Shown here: positions 50,283 through 59,645 of the stretch, one piece after another
Layout of the letters: every line of letters starts with the position of its first letter
Numbering within the stretch: the stretch's first letter is position 1
Assembly (NCBI GenBank): GCA_002269645.1
Contig: NIVC01003369.1
Span: 37,455-101,454, forward strand
Length of the DNA: 64,000 nucleotides
Direction: 5' to 3'
From: Macrostomum lignano
Taxonomy: Eukaryota
Position numbers and translations under genes: made by a program
The notes under the pieces: model-generated
Databases searched by the model: none
What the model was told of the DNA's origin: nothing
What the model saw: the letters and a program-made list of their open reading frames with translations, nothing else

Positions 50283-51570
50283 TTCATCTGATAGAGGGAC
50301 TTGTCTTGTTCTTGTTGGACGTCTATAACTATATAGTATAGACTAGCTAGATTAGGGAACCTGGGATAGGTTTTCCCTGCAGTGACAAGGCCTTGTGTAA
50401 ATGCTAGATTGCTAGGGTGTAGACTGTAGACAGTAAGGGCAGGGCAGAAGCTCACGCTTTGGCTGATAGAGTGAAGATCTGTGGGCTGAGGGCGGGGTAA
50501 GAAAGAATAGAGCGTTTTAGCTTGAGGGAGCGACTATAGATAGCTTGCTATAGATCTCAAGGTCATTTCCGAAGCGATGCTATCTTTCCTAAGACTAAGA
50601 AGGTCTCGTGACTTTCTTTTCCACCAATAGAAATCCAGCTAGGACCCGCAATCTATAGTCAAGCTAGCGTGCACGCAAGCACAGCGTGATAATTATAGAG
50701 TGGAAATTTCCAAGCTATTTAGAAAATTCTACCCCACGCTATGGCATGAATCGATATGAGAGACGAAAGCCATCGGCCGGGGGTAGGGCTTTAGGGAGTG
50801 AGGCAAGGAAAGAAAGGGGGGTTTTATGTTTGACTCATGTGGCCCGTATAGTATAGGAGGGGTTTGAAGGGTTTAGAGGAGAGAAATGCAGTAGTCTAGC
50901 AAGCTAGGGTGTACACTGGCCACGCGTGGGTAGGCCAAAAAGGAGGACGCTGAGGAAAGGAAAGAAGGGAGGGGTGCGCGGTTAGAAAAGCTATAGAGTT
51001 GGGCAGACGGGCCGGCCGGGTAGAGAGAGAAAAGCTACGTGTGGGTGGGTGAGTGAGTGAACAGATAGGGAAAAGGCGTGCTTGTCTTGCCTATACGCGA
51101 GTGGGTGTAGGGACGAGGCGGCGCCTATAGATGCGAGGTTTTTCATGAACTGCAGGCCACCCACCCCAATAGCTAGATAGCCAAGCTATGTGGGTAAGAG
51201 AAGGTTAGTCCGGTTAAGACAGAAAGGAAGGAAAGGCGTACGCTTTTACCCCCCAGAGGCAGAGCCAGACCAGAGGCAAGGCAAGGCAATGTGGACTCCG
51301 CCCCATGTGTTCGTTCTCCCTCAATGATATTCAATAGGACTCATACTCTAGGCATTCTAGGCTATGGTCTATCCATGGGTGTGTAGGGCGCGCTTGATGT
51401 CTAAACTGCGCTTGTGGTCTGTAGATTACCCCTTAGCCTTGGCCCTTAGCCCTTCGTCGTTTTGCTTTTATAAACCAACATTGGAAAGTGGAATAAAGAA
51501 AGTTATCAATGACAATGAGATGGCACTTATTTGATTTAACTTAGCTACCCCTAATTCCTCCTAAATTTTC

Positions 51571-51741
51571 CAGGGACGGACCGAGGGGGGGCATAGTCCC
51601 CCCCCCCTCAGCTCTGCCAAAAAATCATCAGATGTATTGGTATCATGCTGTATTGGTATCATGGTACCCTAATTGCAGCTCTGGCCTGACCAGACGTGAG
51701 GCTTGCCCCCCCCCCTCGATAAAATCCTGGGTCCGCCCCTG
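51571..51741. mobile_element. 171-bp MITE, hAT-type (8-bp TSD)
   Basis: TIRs CAGGGACGGACCGAGG / CCTGGGTCCGCCCCTG (14 of 16 match); TSD AAATTTTC at 51563-51570 and 51742-51749. Confidence 0.88.
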
Positions 51742-51918
51742 AAATTTTCTCTATAATTAACTTAGTACACTTATATAATTTACTATTTAGAGTTCTCATT
51801 CGGGTATTCAGCTATAGAATCGAAAAGTAAACATATTTTGCACTAATCCTATGTATCTTATTCTATGCAGACTGCAGAGTAGTAGAAGGCACATAGCCAC
51901 ATGGCACATACTGGTGAT

Positions 51919-52744
51919 TAGGGATTGCAATCCCGGGATCCTGGGATCCCGAATCCCGGGATCCCGGACACTTTTTGGCCTGAAAGAATCCCGGGATTAG
52001 AGGCTCGGGATCCCGGGATTGGAAACTTTTTTGATAAAGTGGGTGATATCCAGGAAATATCAAAATGTTCGTATTTTAAATGCATTACACAAGTAACATT
52101 CGAGCGCGTCGTGATCGTGACGTAACTCTCGATTCTCGAATCGTGATACAATACAAATTATACAATACATACAATACATGCGAGTCTCAAACTTGTGTTG
52201 TGTTTGTGTATTTGACTACTTGAGTTACTTGTGTAACTTGTCTTTGTACGTAAAAGCATTGAAAAATGACTGGGAGTCGAGATAATTTTGCATGCATGTA
52301 TTCATATTTTATTTATATAGTAGTATTTCATAGTAGTACTATACTATACTATACTACTATACTATACTACTACTATACAATACAATATATAGTACATGTA
52401 TATAAGTATTATATCGTATATATCGTACGATATATCGTATATTGTATCGTATAAATACGATATATACGATATACTACTTACATGTATATATTATATATTG
52501 TATAGTAGTAGTATAGTATTGTAGTATATCGTATATATCGTATATGTCGTATATAGTATAGTAGCAATATAGTAAGTTTGACCAAGTACAGAATGCATTC
52601 TTAATTTGAAGCGGGTTTTCTGGCATTCTATCGGCAAAAATATTTAAAATGTCAATCCCGGGATTGGGTCCCGGATCCCGGGATTGAGTCATAGCTTCGT
52701 CCGGGATCCCGGGATCGTAGAACAGCCGGGATTTGCAATCCCTA
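51919..52744. mobile_element. 826-bp non-autonomous DNA transposon, hAT-type (8-bp TSD)
   Basis: TIRs TAGGGATTGCAA(A)TCCCGG; many subterminal CCCGGGAT motifs at both ends; TSD CTGGTGAT at 51911-51918 and 52745-52752; no ORF. Confidence 0.9.
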
Positions 52745-53449
52745 CTGGTGATAAGTTGCTTACTGGTTGGTGTCAGTTGCACTGTAAACTACAGTTTAAA
52801 TTTCACATGTACATTGAATTTGTTGTTCCTATTCAAAGTTAGGCATGATTTCTCAATTCTAGCTAGCAAAGTTGCAAGTCGAAATTGGGGAAGACCAATG
52901 AGACTTAAAGTACATCGGAAAAGGCATGGTGACAATAAACTTTAATTACGCTCGTAGGAAGATCAAAAGTGTTCATAATTAGGAGCTAGGAAGCTGTCTT
53001 TATCATAAGTTTAATAAGTTAATTAAAGCCCTCCATTCATTCCTTCATAGCTGCCCATTGTATTTACTGAAACGTAGTGAGCGAAGGAGAGAAACACTAG
53101 GCTAGCTGTTTCTCCTACTAAAAATCAAACAGTAGTATGAATCGATTTTCCTTGAAAGATTTTTTGTTTTATTTAAAAGCTAAAAGCAGTATGCTGAAAA
53201 AACACTGGTTTTGAAAATCAAGTGAAAATAATTAATCCTTAGACCAGACTATTCAATTGGGAACGGACAAGTCTTCCAAAAATCGAAGTTCTCGCTCTGT
53301 AGCTTCACCTGTCCAGCCATTATTGGCCCTCAGATGCAATTACTCTTGTTCGCACCTGCTCAGTTTAATGCAACCACAAGCAGAGAAAAGTGAGAATCCA
53401 ATTATCCAGCAGGTCAACACTTAATTTGTTTACACGCTGCATAAGTTAG

Positions 53450-53675
53450 TTGACGCCTGTCTTCGATTCGGCGCCTGTCTTGGATTCAGCGCCTGTCTTG
53501 GATTCGGCGCCTATCTTGGATTGGATTTGGCGCCTGAGTGGCTCTGAATCTGGCGATCGCCTTGGATTTGACGCCTGTCTTGGATTTGGCGCCTGTCTTG
53601 AATTTGGCCTATCTTATGTGGATTTGACACCTGTCTTGGATTTGGCGCCTGTCTTGGATTCGGCACCTGTCTTTA
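53450..53675. repeat. 18-bp minisatellite
   Basis: Unit GGCGCCTGTCTTGGATTC/T. Confidence 0.88.
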
Positions 53676-54233
53676 GGTCTGCGGCGTATCTCAGACCTAA
53701 TTCCTCTTTTATTCCTCTGGATAAAAGTGCTTACCGCGCCCATTGGCTTTCCAGCTGCCTTAATCGTTTCCGGTGATCTTGTGTGCGTGCTTTCAGCTTG
53801 ATTGGCTGCGGCAAGCAAGCTCGAAAGAGCTCGCTTCGCTCGCTCTTTCTCGCTATCTACTATCTATCGTGGATTTGGCGCCTGTCTTGCATCAGATTGG
53901 TATTGCATGGAACCGGCGCCAGTCCTGCATTTTAACCCTTTGTTGAAGTTGGAGTATTATTTTGCACCTATACAGGTAACGAAAACATGAATATTTATTA
54001 AGACATGTTACGGACGTAACGCATATGTGGGAGGATACGCTCGTAAAGCGTGACGGCACTCTTAAATTAAGCAATTATTCAATCGACAGGTTTGTTTTAT
54101 TGCAATAACAGTTATTAGACAATTAGCACTGCCATCACCACTTAGGGACTGGACTAATTCCCGGACTTCCCTACATCCTTTTCCCAAATCCCGGAGTCAT
54201 GAACTCGATCGCCTCAGCAAACCGCTCTGTCCA

Positions 54234-55504
54234 TCAGTTGTTGTTGATGTTCCTGCAGTGCGCGGTGTTCACCGGCTCGCAGACGCCCGGGTGACCCGAG
54301 GCCGCCTGAGGCGGCGCCGTTCCGACCCTCCACACGCAGTTGGGGTCGCCCAGCTCGGCGCCGTTGGACCGGCCGTCTTGGTCGGAATCGGCGCGGCAAA
54401 GTCCCTGGGTCCAGGCCTGGCGTGAGGCAAAGTGCACAAAATCTGGCTTTTTATTCAGCGCGAGAACCGGAGTTTAAGGCTGATTTCCAAATCTATAAGC
54501 AGAGGCTACTAATGGAAAATAAAACACAGTTAAAATTGCTTTTGTTTCTAGATATTTATCTAGAGAGAATATTGCTTGATCTGGCAAATCACTTCTTCGT
54601 TGCTAAGCTGAGTGGGCATTCTGCAATTCATTGGTTGGTTTGTTATTAAAAAACGGAGCACAAGTTCTACTGTCTCGAGGCCATCGCAGCTGAGGGGACA
54701 AGACTGAAAGCCCTGTTTATCTTTTTGCGGAGCCTCTGAAGCCTGTCAGGAACGCCTTTCTGGTTTTCGGAGCATCGGACTCACGACTGAAAGGTCGGGG
54801 GTTCGATTCTCGACCTACTCGGAATAATTTGTATTCTTAAGCAAGACACTTAAATCTGCATTGCTTCAGTTTACCCAGCTGTAAAGTGGGTGCCAGCATT
54901 AGCTGGGGTAATTAAGGGTCGGTGTTGCGACCCCCCCAGTCCTGGGACTGAACAGCCGTACGCAGCCTTCAGATGCGCCGCGCAATAGCTGCGGCTGAGC
55001 TGTCGGTTGCACATCTGCCCTTAATGATACCTGTCATAAAAATATCTGGGACGGCTAGAGGTGTCAATCTGGGGCTGCCAGAGGTGTCAATCTGGGGCTG
55101 CCAGAGGTGTCAATATGGGACTGCTAGAGGTGTCAATATGGGACTGCTAGAGGTGTCAATCTGGGACTGCCAGAGGTGTCAATCTGGGACTGCCATGGAG
55201 GTGTCAATATGGGACTGCCATGGAGGTGTCAATATGGGACTGCCATGGAGGTGTCAATCTGGGACCAGATTCAATAACTCACATTATTATTGAGCCCAAA
55301 ATCGATTCCAAAGGGATTCCGCATGCCGGCGCCTTCCTTGCTCCTGTGGCCCACGCCCGGCCAGGTGCCTCCAGGTGTGAAGGGGTCTGGGACGCTGTTC
55401 CCGTTGGGGATCCTGGCTTGATACGTGCGCCTGGCCTGCGACTCCCCAACAAAGCAGAGGGCCACCGCGGCCACCGCTAGAAGGAGCGCCGACCTTTTCT
55501 GCAT
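54234..55504 (-). CDS. Temptin-like secreted protein; exons 55504-55283, 54416-54234; 134 aa
   Basis: Signal peptide MQKRSALLLAVAAVALCFVGESQA; YQARIPNG...WPGVGH...NPFGIDF; WTQGLCRADSDQDGRSNGAELGDPNCVW is the temptin Cys/Ca-binding signature. Phase-0 intron AAT|GTGAGT ... CCAG|GCC. Confidence 0.9.
54761..55020 (+). mobile_element. tRNA-derived SINE with CORE-like domain, copy 2, antisense in the temptin intron
   Basis: Aligns with 4608-4865 over ~250 bp and retains slightly more of the tRNA head (GGAGCATCGGACTCACG...GGTTCGATTCT). Confidence 0.8.
55055..55265. repeat. 23-25-bp minisatellite, temptin intron
   Basis: Unit GAGGTGTCAATCTGGGACTGCCA. Confidence 0.93.
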
Positions 55505-55572
55505 GCTTGAATCAGACGAGTTGCTGTTAAAGTTCACTTCAATGGGTAACTCAGTTATGGCCATTCGGTTGG

Positions 55573-55583
55573 AGTATATATAT
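55573..55583 (-). promoter_or_regulatory. Possible TATA box of the temptin-like gene
   Basis: Minus-strand CATATATATAC ~70 bp upstream of the ATG; position only, no transcript evidence. Confidence 0.3.
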
Positions 55584-56700
55584 GACTTAAGCACGCTGTT
55601 ATTAGCGAATATACGAATGCACTTTAGCCATGCCGCTCAGTCTATTCGCTAATCTCTCTCCCCAGTGATAATAAGAAAGGCTGAGCACTACTCTCTGTTT
55701 AATCATAATTTTGCACACAAACTATGACGCCATCAGGCAGCGTTCTCAAGCTCAAGCAGGAATCGCAGGTTGGACTGCGTCGTGCCGCTAATGCTTCTTA
55801 ATATATTCTTATCCAGTTTAACAGGTGGCGATACGGCCGAAGCAGATAGGTGGTCACTTATTAAGACTGCGGCAGAAACTGTCATTCACTGTGCCAGAGG
55901 GTGCGAGAGGTTGAAGGACCGACCTGGTGGAACTTTTGAGGCAGAAAATCGATAAATCGATCAACCCCCCATGGGGGAGGGGGGTAGAAAAGGAGCCGAG
56001 GTTGAAAGGGATACCGAAAAAATCGATAATACAATCGAAGCTTTCAGTTCAAACCCAGCTATTTTTCAACACCAATCCTTAAATTCCTAGCGTAATAATT
56101 TAACTGCTCAGAAAAAAGCTGCTAATTAATAATAATCTGACGTGACAGTCTGTACAAAAATTTTAAACTGTGGCGCACTACTTTAGCAAGCCTCCGTTAA
56201 CCGTGAGGCCACTGCTGGCTTTGTTGGGCCGTCAAGCGATGACGCGAGTAGCAAGCAATATCAGGCAGTGCACGGCACGGGAGATTAATAACGCAGATAT
56301 ATAAGCGAGCACCGTGCAGAACCAATCAGCGAACAGCAGTCACTGCAGCAGATGTGTGTTTGCAGTGACAGCAGCAGTCAGTCGACTCAGGCCCCCGGCG
56401 ACAACCCCTCGACCCGCTCGCTGCTTCTCAGCTCGAAATAAGAATCCCCATCGGGACGATTCCGGCATCAAAATTGCAGCGAGCGGCAGGCAGGGGAGAA
56501 GCAGAGTCCCACTGGGGACAGCCGGTGCAGCACCACTACCGCTTTAGAAAGTCGCTCTGCGTAGAAGCAATTTTTTATCTGACGGATTTGGCTGCAGAAA
56601 CAGCGGGTTTCTAGTAGCTGTTTTGTTTAATTCTTACATAGCGATCGGAGAGACAACGTCAGGCTTAAATTGATTGCTGACTCAGAGGGAACTTGCAGGC

Positions 56701-59286
56701 ATGCGACCGTCTGTCGGGACCGTCGACAAGAGCATCCTTGTCATCTGCGGCTGCGGGCTGGCCGCCTCCATCGTGGCCATCTCCCGGCTGTCCACCTGGC
56801 CTATCGTCATGGAGGAGGACCACTCCGGCGAAGGTGAGATAACGCCTTTTGGACAAACATCCTGCGCCATTGTTGCCACATTCTAGAGTCCTCTACAGCC
56901 AATTCAACACCCCATTCTGCAGCCCTCTACAGCCAATTCACCACCTCATTCTGCAGCCCTCTACAGCCAATTCACCACCCATTCTGCAGCCCTCTACAGC
57001 CAATTCACCACCCCATTCTGCAGCCCTCTACAGCCAATTCACGACCTCATTCTGCAGCCCTCTACAGCCAATTCACGACCTCATTCTGCAGCCCTCTACA
57101 GCCAATTCACCACCTCATTCTGCAGCCCTCTACAGCCAATTCACCACCTCATTCTGCAGCCACCTAGCTCACCCACCACCTCACTCAGCAGCCACTTTGC
57201 TCACCCACCACCCACTCAGCAGCCACCTAGCTCACCCACCACCCCACTCAGCAGCCACTTTACTCACCCAGCACCCCACTCAGCAGCCACTTTACTCACC
57301 CACCACCCCACTCAGCAGCCACTTTGCTCACCCACCACCCACTCAGCAGCCACCTAGCTCACCCACCGCCCCACTCAGCAGCCACCTAGCTCACCCACCA
57401 CCCCACTCAGCAGCAACCTAGCTCACCAACCACCCAATCCTTGAAGAAATCAAGCGCAAGGAGAAATAAATGGTTAATACAAAGCAGAGCAGCTAAACGA
57501 GGGTTAAAGAAACTCGCTGCTGTATTTGCGAAGAGGGAGAATTTTTAATTACTGATTGAATAACGCACAAAGCGTTGAAAAGATTGGTTGCTCTTTGTTT
57601 GTGCAATTTTTTCTACGAAATTCAATCGCAAAAATGAAATTGCCCTGCTTTTCTGTTCAATTTAATTAACGTTAGACAAAAACTGGCTGGCACACAGTGA
57701 AAATCTCTTTTATTCCCAGCTGAAATCAGCGGGCACAGGCTGGGGAAGGACGCATGCATCAAAGAAGTAATTGATGAAGAGAGATGGGAAGCTGTCTCTT
57801 CGCTGCGGGATGAAAACATGCCCCGATTTTCGGCTTGATAAACGCGAGCTCAGACAGCCAAGTAAAAAGGCTCTGGCGATTTGAAGAAGGCGTTTTGATA
57901 CTGTACACATGGGATATAGAAGCCTGCCGCTGTCCCACTGCTAGACATGAATGTTACCTGTTAGACATGGATGTCATCTGTTAGATATGGATGTCACCTG
58001 TTAGATATGGATGTCACCTGTTAGATATGGATGTCACCTGTTAGATATGGATGTCACCTGTTAGATATGGATGTCACCTGTTAGATATGGATGTCACCTG
58101 TTAGATATGGATGTCACCTGTTAGATATGGATGTCACCTGTTAGACATGGATGTCACCTGTGAGACAGGGGTGTCACCTGTGAGACAGGGGAGTCACCTG
58201 TGAGACTGGGGTGTCACCTGTGAGACTGGGTGTCACCTGTGAGACTGGGGTGTCACCTGTGAGACAGGGGAGTCACCTGTGAGACTGGGGTGTCACCTGT
58301 GAGACTGGGGTGTCACCTGTGAGACAGGGAGTCACCTGTGAGACTGGGGTGTCACCTGTGAGACTGGGGTGTCACCTGTGAGACTGGGGTGTCACCTGTG
58401 AGACTGGGGTGTCACCTGTGAGACTGGGGAGTCATCTGTGAGACTTGGGTGTCATCTGTGAGACTGGGGTGTCACCTGTGAGACTGGGGTGTCACCTGTG
58501 AGACTGGGGTGTCACCTGTGAGACTGGGGTGTCACCTGTGAGACTGGGGAGTCATCTGTGAGACTTGGGTGTCATCTGTGAGACTTGGGTGTCATCTGTG
58601 AGACTTGGGTGTCATCTGTGAGACTTGGGTGTCATCTGTGAGACTTGGGTGTCATCTGTGAGACTTGGGTGTCATCTGTGAGATAGGGGAGTCATCTATG
58701 AGACTTGGGTTCATCTGTGAGACAAGCCCGATATTCATCCATTTCAGCCGATTTCACCAAAACGAAGGCGGCCTTCATCATCGGTCTGATGGCGTCCGCA
58801 GCCTCCCTGGGCATCGGCATCGTGAGAATGAGGCTGGACAGTTGCGCCGGAAGCAAAACCCTGCGAATGATGTTTGTGAGCAGTCTGCTGGCCTCCTGTG
58901 AGTCGGGGACTTGGGTTCGGGGGTTTGGGATTCTCGATAGATCTGGATTCGAGTCTCGGACCTTCCCTCCGCTCCCCACAGTCCTATGCCTGCTGGTGAC
59001 CGTGGCAGTCTGGGGCGACTTCATCAATCACGGCGAGCGCAACGCACTGCACCGCAACGTGCTGCCCTGGTCCTACTGGGTGGCCGTGGCGGCGGCTGTC
59101 CTGCAGTTCCTGGCCTTCCTGTTGTACATCATCCGATCCGACTTCAAGGACTCGCCTGGCGCCGCCGCTGCCGGAGGCGCCGCCACTGCCACACTTGCAG
59201 GCGCCGGTGGAAGCCGCCAACTGCAGAGCTTCACGGCTGACGCGCACGACGACAACGCCGAAGCCGGGGGTCGAGTTTTTGTTTAA
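56701..59286 (+). CDS. Four-TM membrane protein, PMP22/claudin-like; exons 56701-56833, 58748-58897, 58982-59286; 195 aa (an extra loop exon may be missing)
   Basis: Four hydrophobic segments (ILVICGCGLAASIVAI; AAFIIGLMASAASLGIGIV; MMFVSSLLASFLCLLVTVAVW; WSYWVAVAAAVLQFLAFLLYII) and phase-1 GT-AG introns; exons total 588 nt. The family call rests on topology and the WSYW motif only. Confidence 0.7.
56885..57435. repeat. Two adjacent minisatellites (~35 bp and ~33 bp), tetraspan intron 1
   Basis: CCTCATTCTGCAGCCCTCTACAGCCAATTCACCAC, then CCCCACTCAGCAGCCACCTAGCTCACCCACCAC. Confidence 0.92.
57945..58720. repeat. 20-bp minisatellite with a graded unit change, tetraspan intron 1
   Basis: TGTTAGATATGGATGTCACC changes to TGTGAGACTGGGGTGTCACC, then TGTGAGACTTGGGTGTCATC. 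Confidence 0.96.
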
Positions 59287-59645
59287 CTGCCTCAAGCATT
59301 CCTACGAGCTAGAACCTTGGAGTTGTTGACGAAATTGAAGAAAGCGCCGACATGTTGTGTAAATAACTTATTCAAGTATGCAGCCAAATATAACCATGCT
59401 GTAGCTCTGTCTACGGTATAGCAAAGGAGTCAAAACAGCTTCTGAAACACCATGCGTTCGCGAAGCAATAATTTTCTGAAATTACATGTATTCCCAAATC
59501 AGTGAAATTTGAGATCGGCACGACAATTTATATTTTGGTGCATCACTAAAATTAAAAAAGTTTAAATGAAATTCCCGTAGCAATTCAATCACAAAAATGA
59601 CTTGACTGTTATTTTTGCTTTCGATCAAAATTGATTCGATGCTAA

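Noticed and set aside
57720-57770. Candidate extra exon for the tetraspan gene (TTCCCAG acceptor at ~57719)
   Set aside because: The available donors give the wrong phase for the 58748 acceptor, and the frame reaches a stop.
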